A stretch of DNA of 63,867 nt, counting the filler, from Dugesia japonica (Eukaryota), in assembly GCA_001938525.1 (NCBI GenBank). It is 5 parts of 5 records of this genome, joined end to end, with 100 filler letters (N's around TTAATTAATTAA, not from the genome) between each part and the next. Parts side by side here need not be neighbours in the genome. Positions count along the whole stretch, not along the records: positions 31,824 to 44,405 come from MQRL01524888.1; positions 44,506 to 55,444 come from MQRL01171991.1; 3 more parts are not named here. One strand, 5' to 3'. The notes beneath the pieces were generated by a model. The model ran no database searches, was not told where the DNA came from, and was given only the letters and a program-made list of their open reading frames with translations. Positions within the stretch are counted from its first letter, which is position 1. Each line of letters opens with the position of its first letter. This document shows positions 39,941-52,949 of the stretch, one piece after another. Made by a program: the position numbers and the translations under genes.

Positions 39941-40479
39941 ATACATTATTTAATACTTGAATGTTATACTAATAAAGTCATCAAATTTTCAATGGACTAG
40001 AATTTTTAAAAAATTCAATACATAAACATATTTGATAAAATGATTTTTAAAAAATCCAAATATCAAATAAACTTTTCAAATAATTTTATTATAATTTCAA
40101 AGTTGATAAAAATTTGTTACTTAATTGGATTTCTTAATTCTTGGTACAAAGAATTCAATTTAACAAAAGCATTTGAATCCTTGTCATTGTGACTAAAATT
40201 TGGTTATATACCATTAATAGTTTTCGATAGTTTCGTTGACTCCTAGGGACTAGAGTATATGTACATCTTCTTAATTTGGATTCTCAGATAATCTATAAGA
40301 ATTTCATTTAAAAATTTTTAAACATTCCATTATTTAAACAACATGGACTGTTAACCCGAATTTCCACGAAAAATTTAATTTGTCTTTTGAAAAAATGAAA
40401 ATTTAAACGAATTGGACTTTTCTCATGAATTTCCATAAAAATTCAACCAAGGAAGTTAATACTCTAATTCACTTAAAAC

Positions 40480-40950
40480 TGACCTGTAAGAATAAATAAC
40501 TGACCAAATCATCCAAAAATTAGCCCAAATTGACCATAATATATCTGATTCAACCTCACCGAGTAAATTATCAACAAAATTTGCCTAAAACCAACCTCAC
40601 CGATTAGATTATCAACCAAATTTGCCTAAAACCAACCTCACCGATTACATTATCAACCAATTTGATAAAAATCACCCAAAATGAACAAATTTTGACCAGT
40701 CCGATGAAATTATCACCTGAAACCTATCCAAGCTAGCAAAACAAATTTTTTCATTCGACCTCACCAAGTAAATTATTAATCAAATTGACCTAAAACCGAC
40801 CGAAATTAACCAGATTCGACCTCACCAAGGAAACCATGTGACTGAATTGATCTAAACGTCATCCAAAATAAGCCAAATTTGACCAATTCGATGAAATTTC
40901 TTACAGAAATTAAACAGATTCGACCTCACCGAGGAATTATTAGTTAAATT
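40480..40950. repeat. Degenerate ~42-bp tandem repeat
   Basis: Recurring CCTAAAACCAACCTCACCGATTAGATTATCAACCAAATTTG-like units. Confidence 0.8.
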
Positions 40951-41299
40951 CAAAGTCTCCATAAATTGTTTATTGATTATTACAAGTCTTTTATTAAAAT
41001 GAAAAACGATAAAGCACAATTCATAATATTCAAACAAATGATCTATGAAATCTTAATAATTATTTTTCAAATATATTGATATTTTAAATTCCAAATTACT
41101 TTTATTTCACCTGTATCTTTAAATATTTTTAAACCTAATTTTATAAAATTATTTTTATAATTTCATAATTTAACACAATATAAAATATCGACTTTAATTT
41201 TAAAATATTTTTATTTTACATATATATATTTAATTATTTTTAAACCTAATTTTAGAAAATACTTTTATAATTTTATAATTTAACATAATATAATATATA

Positions 41300-44200
41300 A
41301 AATTTATTCAATTAATTTGTATTTTACGAAACCTGTTTTATATATTAAAAGTTTCAAAAAACCAATTATAATATTAAATATAAAAATTAAAAAATCTCAG
41401 ATATTTGAAATCCATGAATCGATAATCACATCCCCCTCTTAATTTTACTTTTAATTTTTCCACATTTCTTTCAATCATCTTGCGTTCTGAACTCTTCAGC
41501 GGGTATCGTCTTTCATGAATTTTTTTTATCACCTCGTATGGACCTGTGTATCTTCCTTTGTCTTTTTTATCTGTTTTCTGCCTTGATTAGCATATCGTCT
41601 CCAACTTGAAAATGTCTCTTTGTTGGTGTCAACTCTTCAGATTCTTTCTTCTTTTCTCCATTATTGAACCATCGTTCTCTATGTATCTTATTACCGAATA
41701 CCACTTCTGCTGGACTTATGCCCAAAGTTTTCTAACTGGTTGTATTTAGAGTATATTTGATTTCTGGTATTAACTCTGCAAAATTTATATTATTTTCATC
41801 TTTTAATGTTGTATTGATTTAATCTCTGATCGTTCTGAATTACAGATCTACTATTCCAATTGAATTATGATGATATGAATTTTAGAAGCAAATCGTTATA
41901 TTCATTGAATCTGTTATCTCTTTGAAGGCTTTTGATTCGATTATCTTCCCAAAATCTACATGTATCTCTTTTGGAGCACCAAATCTTAGAATCCATTTAT
42001 NNNNNNNNNNNNNNNNNNNNNNNNNNNNNNNNNNNNNNNNNNNNNNNNNNNNNNNNNNNNTATCTGCTAAATTTATCTATTATGGCACATATATATCTTT
42101 TTCTTCCTACGGTTTCTTGGAATGAACCGCAGATATCAATATAAATATTCTCAAATGGTTCATTAGCCTTTAATGTTAAAGTTTCCTCCTTTGTTCCAAT
42201 TGTTGTTACTTTGTTCATTTGACACGCTGTACATTCTTTAATTACTTTTGACAGTTTGTCTTAAATCATTCATATCATATTCGTTTTTCAAATAATTTAT
42301 GACTTTTTCCGTGCCTGTGTGCATCAATAAATTATGCATTTCTTTTACCATTTCAATTTTCTTTTCTGATGGGATCCATATTTTGCAGTCTTTTGTTTCT
42401 ATTATATCTTCTATTAATCGAAACTTTTTACATGTTTCATTTTTCATATCATTCTTTATTTGTTCAATTTTTTCTACGTTACTTTGCCATTTATATGTAT
42501 CTGAACCTGATATACCANTAATTGTTCTTGTCTTTATTTTTACTTCCTTTGGATTCTCATGATCTGTTAAGCATTGTACACACGTACCACGATTCATTCT
42601 CGACAACATATCTGCATTCTTGAGTTTTGCACCTTGTCTAAATTCCAATACCATATCTCAGCTACTAAGAAAATTCATCCAAGTCTGAAATTGCGGATTA
42701 ATGGGCTTGTTTGTCTTTTTCATAAATGCTATCGCTTTGTGATCTGTTCTCACAAAAAATTTTTGTCATACAGATAATGTTTAAAATGGTTACAAAAATA
42801 GTAAATGGCCAATAATTCCTTTCTTGTTATACAATATCCTCATTCATGAGCTGACATTGCATGTGACCCATATGCAATGACTTGTTCTAAATCCTTTTCA
42901 TCTATTTGCGATAAAACTGTTCTAATTGCATCAAAACTCGCATCTGTATTTAGTAGAAACATCTTTTTGATATCTGGAAAACTTAATAATGGTGCTTTTA
43001 TTAATGCCTCTTTCATCTCATTAAAAGCTTTATAACAACTTTCCGACCACACAAGTTTTGTATTATTACATTCACATAGCTCTTCCAAGCTTCTAGCTTT
43101 CTTTGAGTAATTATTGATAAGCCGTCTATAGTTATTGCATAATTCCAAAAAGCTTCTCACATTTTTTACACATTTAGGTCTTCCGAAATTTTTTATCGCT
43201 TCAATTTTTGTTGGATCGGTTCNNNNNNNNNNNNNNNNNNNNNNNNNNNNNNNNNNNNNTGACTTCTGCTCACAATAAATGACATTTTTCTGGATTAATT
43301 CTCAATCCTGATTCTTGAATTCTTTTAAAAACTTGGTTTAAAATTCTATAGTGCTGCTCTAGATTTTCTGAAAATATCAATATATCATCCATGTATACCA
43401 TCGTTTCTCTAAAGCTTCATAATAATTTTGTCATTAAACGTTCCATGTGCTTTAGCTATACCAAAAAACATTTTTGTGAAACAATACTGTTCATTTTTCG
43501 TAGAAAAAGCTGTTTTCTCTTGTGAATCTTTATGTAACGGAACTTGATAATATGCATTACCCAAATCAATAGTACTAAAATATCTTGCACCACTGAAGTT
43601 GTCTAGTATTTCCTCTACATTGGGCATCGGAAATGCTTGCCTTTCTGGGATTGCATTTAGTTTTCTAAAATCAAGACAAATTCTAACGTCTTTTCTTTCT
43701 TTTTTCCAAACACGTATTAACGGAGTGTTCCATTGCGAATTACACTTCCTAATAATGCCATTGTCAAACAAATTCTTTATAGCTTCATCGATCTTATTCT
43801 CTAGATGCATTGGTTGTCTCCATGGTTTCGTATTTATTGGTTCTNCATTTGTGATTATTTGATGTTCTGCCATTGTTGTTCTGCCGATATCCCAGTTGTC
43901 TGCCATGAATATTCCTTTATGAATCATTATACTTTCTCCAAATTTTCGTTTGGCTTGTTAATCAACATTTTTATTGCTCGTTGTACTCTCTCTTCATACG
44001 CTGTATTACGTCTAAACTTTGTTTCTATATATTATAAAGATACATTTCATTATCCTCTCATTTAGAATCTCTCAGCAGTTGGAATCCAAAGTGTTTCTGT
44101 AATTATATCTGGGTATATCTGTTTCATCACAATGAATTTAACTGTTTTGCTTTTATTCTCGAATTTTACTTCTACCTTTATCGTACCGACGATTTTAAGC

Positions 44201-44405
44201 CGACTATTATTGGCACATCTTAAATTGTCTTCACTTTGTAGTATATTGACTTCTATCAATCTTTCCAATATTCTCAAGCTCATCAAATTAACTCTTACTC
44301 CAGTGTCTAACAAGCAATCAACTTTTACGCCTTGTATTTCAACCGTTATAATTGGTCTACCTTGCATCTTGTCATAACTTATTTCTTGTCGCTTTATCTC
44401 TTCTA
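41300..44405 (-). mobile_element. Degenerate Ty3/gypsy pol with PPT and start of 3' LTR
   Basis: LLDTGV protease, CLDFRKLN and YMDDI RT motifs, LNTDAS RNase H, integrase with YTGPYEV; PPT AAGAGGGGGA (41431-41440) followed directly by TGTGATT at 41430. Left boundary approximate. Confidence 0.95.
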
Positions 44406-44505
44406 NNNNNNNNNNNNNNNNNNNNNNNNNNNNNNNNNNNNNNNNNNNNTTAATTAATTAANNNNNNNNNNNNNNNNNNNNNNNNNNNNNNNNNNNNNNN
44501 NNNNN
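44406..44505. other. Artificial scaffold spacer
   Basis: 44N-TTAATTAATTAA-44N. Confidence 0.95.
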
Positions 44506-44785
44506 AGAATATCCATTTTTATTTAACAAAGAAATCAAAGTTTGAATATTTACACACGACTTCGAAAAAGAAGAAGAGAAAGTCCCAGATCTATATATTA
44601 AACCTTTAATCATATTAAATTTATATCGAGATTCACAGAAACTACCAGGTGCTGTATATAAACCANTATCAGTTGGCTTTCGATATATTTCTGTCTCATA
44701 ATGGTCAGATTTCCGTTCTATTAATATATCAAGAAAAGGAAGTTTACCATAACGTTCCATTTCAGTTGTGAACTTTATATCAAAA
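44506..44785 (-). mobile_element. Penelope-like element RT thumb fragment
   Basis: IKFTTEME..GKLPFLDILI...TEIYRKPTD.GLY...LNKNGYS, characteristic of PLE RT. Confidence 0.88.
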
Positions 44786-45211
44786 AGAAAGAGATGAATG
44801 TAAAAAATTAAGAGAAAAATTAAACCTGGAACAAAAACCAAAATTTATTGAACACCCAGGTTTAAAACTTTCATAGATAAAATATGAAGATGATGATGAT
44901 TTAATTATTTCAAATATGGATTGTATAAATATTGCAAATGAAATTAAAAAAAATACTGACAATTTATGTGAAAGATTAACTCGTGTGAAAGTACCAGAAA
45001 ATTACGAAGATGACATAAAAAGAATATACGCTGCAAAAAGTGATTTACCAAATTATACAGTTAAAACTTCTAATTTCAAATAAAGCGCCTATTTCTAAAT
45101 CTCTAAAAAATTACGCCACGCGTGGCGCCTTTTTCAAATTAAAATCTCTAAATATAAATAACCATCATTAAAGAGGGTGAAAGCTGTCTAACTAAATTAT
45201 TTATACTTAAA

Positions 45212-48200
45212 ATGACTAGTGAAAACTAGTTGATTTGTCCAAATAGTTTTTGTAAAAAGATTTTTAAAAATAAATCACGTCTGATATCTCATGTTAGATC
45301 TCAGTGCTGTGTTCTACATAGAGCAATATTTACTTGCACACGATGTCTAAGCACTTTTCGATCTATGAAGGGGTTGACGGAACATATGAACTCAGAATCA
45401 TACAAAAGCTCATTACAATTCAAAGGCGCATAAAGAAATGTTAAACAAATTATTATTTGATCAACTTCCTGGAGAAGAAGCAATTGATTATGATCCATAA
45501 ATTTGTGACATCTTTAAAATGTACAAGGAGTATGAAATTCAATATTTTAAAGACAGTAAAGTTGAATTAACCAGAAATGTTGAGCAATTGGAAAGACCTA
45601 TAAAAATGATTAATGAATTTCAAAAAGAAATAACTGAAATTATTACCAAGTATTTTAATTATGGTAAAAAGATTAATGTTCGAATGAGTGTAAATTGTAA
45701 TTATAATAAAGAAGTAAACGGTGAAAACATTGAAAGAATTTTTAATTCATATTCAAAGAATAGACAATTTACTATTTCAAGTGAAATTAATGATGGTGTC
45801 AATGATATTGTAAATGAATTACAAAGATATATCAAAGATGAAGATCGAAACGAATCTGGATGGAATTTAAATTATATTGTTGATTATAAAATCGAACTTT
45901 CTAAATATAAATCTTTAGCTTGAGCAACTTATCGGAAGTTACCATTCTCAAAACCAGGTGTAATTAATATCCAAAATAAAGATGAAAAATATTTTCTCTA
46001 TTCAATTTTAGCTCATAAATATATATTTGAACATCCAACTAGAATTGAAAATTATATTACTTATTTAAATGAATTAAAAACCAATGGAATTAAATTTCCT
46101 GTAAATATTGATGATGTTAAAAAATTTGAAAAGTTAAATGATTGGAAAATAAATGTATTTTTTGTAACTGCCTCTAAACAACTTGAACCATTATATATTT
46201 CTCATTATGAAACTAAATCTAAATCAGAGGAAAATAAATGTAATTTATTAGTTTATAAAAATCATTTTATTTTATGTAGAGATGTACAAGTATTTTATGC
46301 AACAAACAAACATAAAAATTATTTTATGTATAGGATGTATGAATTGTTATTAAAGTAAAGATTTATTAACAAAACATCAAAATGAATGTATTAATCATGA
46401 AATATCAAATATTACCTTTTTCAAAACATAATAATTATTATTTTCAAAATTATTATTACAAAAATAAAATACTTTTTGCAGTTTATGGTGATTTTGAAAG
46501 TTGGACCAATATTAACACTAAAAAACAAAAACCTTTATCTCTTGGAATTTATGTAGTGAGTAAATATTTACATATAATGAAAAATTAATATAAAACAATT
46601 TATGGAGAAAATATACATTAACAGTTCTTTGAATTTTTAAATGAACTAAATAATAAATTAAAGATATAAAAGAAAACAAATTAATAACAAGATTTTCAGG
46701 CGGAGTTCCTTATGAAGTTGAACAAACTCACCTAAAATGTAGATATTGTGATAAAGAAATGGGACCCGCTGGGATAACTGAAATCCCAGTCATTGATCAT
46801 GATCATTTCAATATAAACTTTAGAGGATATGCTCATTCAAAATGCAATTTACAAGATAAATCAATAAAAAATTTATTTATTCCATTTTACTTTCACAATG
46901 CATCTGGATATAACAATGATTTATTTTTCAAAGTATTATTAACAAAATATCCAAGTAAAGTTAAAAAAATAATTCCACATACAGATGAAGTTTATATTTC
47001 ATTTTAATATGAAAATATAAGAGGTTTGGATTCAGCAAGTATGTGCCCATTTACATCAATTGAAAAAATGAGTGAAATGTTAAATCAATCAGGAAAATAT
47101 AATCATTTAAGAGCATTTAATTTAAAAGCAAAGAAAATATCATTTCCTTGTGAATATGTAAAAGGAAATAGTATTAATCAAGTAATTGAATTATTAAAAA
47201 GTAATTAAATTCCAACAAAAGAAGATTTTAATAATATACTAAAACAAAAAATAATATCAGAAAATGATTATAATGAATTTAAACAAGATTTTAATCAATT
47301 TGGTAATTTATTTGATTATATGATGTATTATATGAAATTAGATGTAATTTTTTTAGCAGATTTCTTTGAAAACTTTAGAGAAACATGTTTAAATAATTAT
47401 CAAAAGACCCAGGTTATTGTTATTCAGCCCCTGGATTAACCTGGAATTATGGAATGCAATTTACTAAATTAAATTAAAATATGCACAAAAAGAAACTTAT
47501 GACAGATTTATTAAAATTGAAAGAGGTGTAAGAAGTGAATATTCAAGTGTATGTGGAGAAAGACAAGCTTTTGGAAATAGTTAAAGAAATAATAAAAAAA
47601 TAAATAATGCACAATATGATAATTTATTTAATTTTATTAAAAAACAAACAATATCTTCCAGATGATTATTTTGAAGAAACATTTTTAAAATATTTAGATG
47701 AGAATTTTTATATGCATCTTGTATGACTAAGCCTTTACCAACTGGAGAAATTTATGAATGCCAGGACTTAGAATATATTAAATCAATAGATAAAATAAAT
47801 TATATTTATGAAGTGGACTTAGAATATCCTCCAGATATACATGAAAAGACAAAATACTTTTCTTTAGCACCAGATCTAATTAATATAACTCAATAAATAT
47901 TGGCTTTTTATCAATATAGTTTTGATAAAAAGTTGACTAAGAAAAATGTTAAATTAACGTTGAATCAATTTGATAAACAAAATTATATTGTTCTAGGAAG
48001 TACTTTAGATTTGTATAAATCTTTAAGAATGAAAATTAAAAAAATACATTCTAAATATAAAATGCCAACAACACAATGGTTAAAAGATTATATACAATTT
48101 AATATTGATCAAAGAAATAAAGCAAAAAGAAGTAACAATGTTTTTGGAGATTACTTTTTCAAATTATTAAATAAACTTTAGAAAAACTTTAGAAAATATA

Positions 48201-48950
48201 AGAAATAGATGTAATGTAGAAATTGTAGAGAATGATAGAGATTATCAAAAGATATTATCAAAGATAAATTTTTAATCAAGTAAAATATTTAGTTACAAGG
48301 AAACTGGAGAGGCAGAATTTGCAGCTATACAACTTTATAAAACTAATTTAAAATATAATAAATTTCCATATATATATATAGGATTTACTATTTCAGAATA
48401 TGCGAAAGTAGTAATTTATGATTTTATTTATAATCAATTAGATAATGCAATTCCTAACAAATATAAAATTTATTATAGTGACACAGATTCTATTTTTGTA
48501 GAAATAATCTGTCAAGATAATTTAAAACAAGTAGAAAGATTATTAGATAATAATTTGTTTCAAATGAAGGTTGAGAAACCTAATAATGAAATAGTTAAAT
48601 GTGATTTTATAAAAGCAAAAGGCTATATTATTCACGACCGAAATCCCAACGGATCCCAAAATATAGAAACTAAACACAAAGGAGTTTCAAAAATTAGTAA
48701 AATAGGAATCGAACATTATGATAAAGTTTTAAGTAATTATTGTAGTTTAAAATCTAATAAACATGAAATACAATTAGTTGAGCAAAAGAAAATAGCCTTA
48801 ACTGGATATGACGACAAAAGATTAATTGAAGATAACGGTGTAAGGACATGACCACACGGAAATAAATTTAAATTTGACGTTTGTAATCAGTGGCATTTAA
48901 GGTTGGATCAATTAAAACAAAAATTAAATTGTAGTTTAATATTAAAATAA
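45212..48950 (+). pseudogene. Protein-primed family B DNA polymerase with N-terminal Zn fingers and endonuclease-VII-like insertion
   Basis: ESGWNL, YGDFES (ExoI), VIDHDH..RGYAHSKCNL, FHNASGY (ExoII), LADFFENFR, YEVDLEYP, FFKLLN, YSDTDS, KHKGV and YDDKR motifs; many stops and frameshifts. Confidence 0.93.
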
Positions 48951-48975
48951 TTGTGCGCGTGCACAGGTTTCAAAT

Positions 48976-49656
48976 TTATTTCTTTAATTTATTAATTACT
49001 TTTTGTTGATTTTCAATTTGATTTTCAAGTTTTTTTAAAACATCATTATTATATTCAAATTCTTTTTTATTTTCATGTGAAATTAAATCTTTAACTTTTT
49101 TAACCATATTCTCGATTATTGAAATTTCTTCATCAGTTAAAATATCATCAGATAAAGCTTTCTGGTGAAATAAAAATAATTTATTTTTAACAGTTTCCAA
49201 TCCATGAATTAAATTTTTATGCTTTTTCATTTTAGACTTTATTAATGATGTATTTAAAGTTCTAATTACTAGAATACAGGAAACTGATGTAGTTAAAAGT
49301 ATGGAAACTAATTCACCAAAAACTCCACCGATACCAAAAGTTTCTAAAGAAATTAAAACTGTTCCAGTTATTCCAATAATTGTTCCTATAAATATTGCTG
49401 TAAATCTAATCGAAGTATTTAACTTTGACCATCTTTTATTAATATTTTTGTTATGGTTAATTTTATCATCAATGAAATATAAATCAGATTCAAAATCTAC
49501 TATTCTTAAATTTGATAATTTAGTCTTTAGATCTTGAACAGTGTATTTTTTATCTTTGTAAATATATTTATTTAAATTTTCATTTATATTTTGATATAGA
49601 TTTTTACCTTCGCCTTCATTTTCCTTTAATTCTTCTCTCAATAATTGCTCAGACAT
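48976..49656 (-). CDS. Maverick membrane protein, 226 aa (hydrophobic hairpin flanked by coiled coils); ORF intact
   Basis: Gly-rich hydrophobic segment FTAIFIGTIIGITGTVLISLETFGIGGVFGELVSILLTT followed by KKH...KALSDDILTDEE. Confidence 0.7.
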   Translation of the reverse strand: MSEQLLREELKENEGEGKNLYQNINENLNKYIYKDKKYTVQDLKTKLSNLRIVDFESDLYFIDDKINHNKNINKRWSKLNTSIRFTAIFIGTIIGITGTVLISLETFGIGGVFGELVSILLTTSVSCILVIRTLNTSLIKSKMKKHKNLIHGLETVKNKLFLFHQKALSDDILTDEEISIIENMVKKVKDLISHENKKEFEYNNDVLKKLENQIENQQKVINKLKK

Positions 49657-49699
49657 TTTATTTTATTAATAATTTAGGATTTAATGGGCCCCGTTGGGA

Positions 49700-50449
49700 T
49701 AATTCAGAATAGGATTTTTTTAGGAATTGAGTAATCACTTAAAATAATAATTTTATAAATATAAATATTTTTAGGTAAAATTAAAGTAACTCTATCTACA
49801 GTATATTTATCAGTTAGTAGAATTTCTTTGTATTCATAAAAAAAGTAAATTCTTGTTTTTTAATAAAGTTGTATTCAAATATTTTTGGAATATTATCAAT
49901 CAAGAAAAATAACTAGATAAATTATTAATTTCTTATGTTAGTTTCACGATCTCTTTTTTCAATTCTATTATTTTCTCATTAATATTTTTCTCATTCTTCG
50001 TTTGTGTTAACTCATTTTTAAAAACGGGACCCGTTGGGATCACTTTTTGTTTGTGTTAGCTCGTTTTTAAAAGAAATAAAAGATTCATTTAATTTATTTA
50101 TTTTAATAAATAAATTACTTTGTGTTTTTATCCATTATTTATTATTTTCATAAAGTTGTTGAATATAAATATTTTGATTTCTCGTTGTTGTTACTTGTTT
50201 TTCTAATTTATTAATTTCCCTATTGATATTCTTCTTAACTTCATTCTTCAAATTATTTAAAAATTTTAAATTAACTGTATCTTATTCATTTTTAGGTTCA
50301 TTAATAATTTTCAAACAAGTAATTGAATCACCACTTTCATTAACAAACCTTTTCTCGTTGTTTACAGATTCTAATTTTAATTTAGCAGATACATGTTTTA
50401 AGACTTCTGTATTATTTTGACTATTTAAAATACCTCCAAATTTATTCAT
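49700..50449 (-). pseudogene. Maverick hypothetical coiled-coil ORF (disrupted)
   Basis: Begins MNKFGGILN; K/E/N-rich frames with stops. Confidence 0.45.
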
Positions 50450-50459
50450 TTATTTAAAG

Positions 50460-50860
50460 TAATATAAAATTCTTAAATAATTTCATCAAAAGGTTTAAAA
50501 CTAAGTTAATATAAAAAAATATAAACACAATATTCCAAAAATACTAGTTCTATAAGGTTAAACTCAAATTTTGTTATATACTTTTACATGTTTTTAAATT
50601 TCTTTAAAAGGTTTTAAACCATAATAATCAAAATAATAACTATGGGCCTCTTTATGGTTATGAAAAGCAACCCAATGATTTCCATTTTGATTTGTATTTT
50701 GATAATTAATAATTTTAGAAATCTGTGCACGCGCGCACAACTGTTTATCTTTCATTAATATTTCTATTTCAAAATTTAAAAAATTAGCAATAGAATACAA
50801 ATCAAAATCAGTTTTAGTATTTATTCCAAATGTTTTTAGAAAATCTAAGATCCCATACAT
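50460..50860 (-). pseudogene. Adenain-like cysteine protease
   Basis: IINYQNTNQNGNHWVAF...YYFDYYGLKP (catalytic His region; FDxxG motif). Confidence 0.85.
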
Positions 50861-51602
50861 TTTCTTATATGAACTAATAAAGAAATAGTTTCACCATCAA
50901 AATCTANAGGATTATTATTTTCATCTATAATATTAAATTTTAAAGAATCAATACATTTGGAGTTTAATCTTGAGTAAATAGAAGTTGAAGGTCTTTCTAT
51001 AATTTTAAAACCAAAACCAACAGTATTTACTGGAAAAGAATATAATAAATTCATTCGTAAGTTGTTAAAATAATTACCTTTAACTAAATTGCAAGTTATA
51101 TTTATCATATTAATGTTTAAAATATCCTGAAGAAGACTATTGTAGAAAATTTGAACTTTTTTACAAATAAATTTTATTTTGATCGAAGCTTTTTCTTATT
51201 TTAATGAAATTTAAAATATCAACTTTATTTTCAGAATAATATTTTTCTGGTAAGTATTCTTTAGGTAAAAACCTGAGATTGTATGAAAAAAGATTTAACA
51301 TCAAATTTTATTGTATGTTTTGTTGTTAAAGTACATTTTGTTGTTGAAAGATCAGGAACAATTTTAATTTCGTGATCTTTTAATTTAGTAGAGATTTCTT
51401 TAATTTCATAAGCACCTGGTTCAATCGTTTTTTGTTCTTCTTTCAATATAAAAGAATTATTTTTATTAGTAACATAACAAATTATATTATAACAACTAAA
51501 AGATAATAACGCCATTTCATAGTCGGAATCTAATTCTATTGGAAATCTTAAATCAACTTTTAAATCAGATTCTTTACCAACAACTAAAAATTGATGAGAC
51601 AT
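50845..51602 (-). pseudogene. Minor capsid (penton-like) protein, interrupted by an insertion
   Basis: PIELDSDYEMALLSF..YN..IEPGAYEI and INITCNLV...IIDENN.P.DFDGETI..HIRK motifs. Confidence 0.8.
51122..51210 (+). mobile_element. Degenerate hammerhead-repeat insertion within the minor capsid gene
   Basis: CTGAAGA-A-GAC-TATT-GTA-GAAA followed by the family flank TTGATCGAAGCTTTT...TTTAATGAA. Confidence 0.7.
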
Positions 51603-51619
51603 TTTATTTAGGAAAAGTA

Positions 51620-52510
51620 TTTATTTTTATAAACATTATATTTTTCTTTTGTAATTAATTCTTGGTTTAATGATTCTTTACCAACAGATTTAATTTCTTT
51701 GTGTAAATTATTATGACCTGCTTTTACAGCTGAAATTAATAATGCTAATTTTTCAAATAACGAGATGGGACTCTCTGGGACTGGATCACTTGCTGTTTGC
51801 TTGTGCTCTCGACTGAAAGGAGTTTCATGATCTTTAAAAGCTTTAATAAATTTTAAACCATCACCTTTAATATTTTATTGGATTCCTTTTTGAAGCTTAG
51901 GTATTTTAGAAGTTTTACGACTTTCAGGAGCTCGCTTTTGCTCGCGACTAGAAAGAGTTTCTTTTTCCTCAGTTAAAAATTTATAATATTTAAAATTAGG
52001 ATGAAATGTAATATTAAATTTACTTAAATAAATAACTTTCGCTTCTGGATCATTACTTCCATTTCCTAAAATTAAATTCATTATTTCTTCAGAATAAGGA
52101 ATTAGTTCTTGGTTATTTAAAAAGTATTTCTTTCCAATTTCTTCAAATAAATATATTACTGTTTGTGATCCTTTAAGATTAGGATAAATTATTCTTTGAA
52201 AGATTTTATCAAAAACAACTTCTTTTTCAAATATAGGTATATTTGTTAGAGATTTTAAAAATTCAGTATTTACAATAGTACTTGGAAAGAAATGTATTCT
52301 ATTTTCAAAAGGGTTTATTGGTTTTGTATGGGATCCTTTATGACTTAATTTTTCAAAAGCTTTAATCTAAGATAGTGGTTGTAAAGTTAAAGTGTCTTTT
52401 AACATTTTTGATTCAATTACTCCTGTAGTAGATAAATTATCATAGTCATCTTGAGCTTTAATTAATTCTTTCAAAAGTTTTATTCTTGCCAACATTTCTT
52501 CGTTATCCAT
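51620..52510 (-). pseudogene. Maverick conserved hypothetical protein (C-terminal AG[HN]N motif)
   Basis: FEKLALLISAVKAGHNNLHKEI resembles a recurrent Polinton ORF C-terminus. Confidence 0.6.
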
Positions 52511-52669
52511 TTTATTTAGGATTATCATGAGGATTTTCATAAGGTTTTTAATATAAACCATCACCACTAGTTTTTATTTGTATTCCATTTTTAAAGTTTT
52601 TAGTAATCATCTTCAACTCTGGTAAACTATTTTTTAAATATTTATGAATTGCACTTCCTTGATAAGGTT

Positions 52670-52935
52670 TTAAGTAAAGTCCTGAACCTTCTTTTTATAA
52701 TTCTTCTTATTTTTATTTGCTTCTAATTTTTCTTGAAGTTTCTTTTGGTCACGAATGTCAACGAGTTTTCTTTTCTGTAATTCAACTAATTCAGTTTCTT
52801 TTTGTTTTCTAATTACATGTCTAGAATTACTATCTGTACTAGCGATTTCAGTGGCAATTCCAGCTTTTGATGCTAAACCAGCAATTATAGCTGAAATTGC
52901 AGCAAGGAAAGCAAATCCTCCTTCATGTTCTTTAC
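52670..52935 (-). pseudogene. Putative virion core/membrane-lytic precursor fragment (GG|F protease-site-like)
   Basis: EGGFAFLAAISAIIAGLASKAGIA hydrophobic helix after a GG motif; fused in frame to truncated integrase by an apparent deletion. Confidence 0.5.
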
Positions 52936-52949
52936 CTAATTTTTTTATT

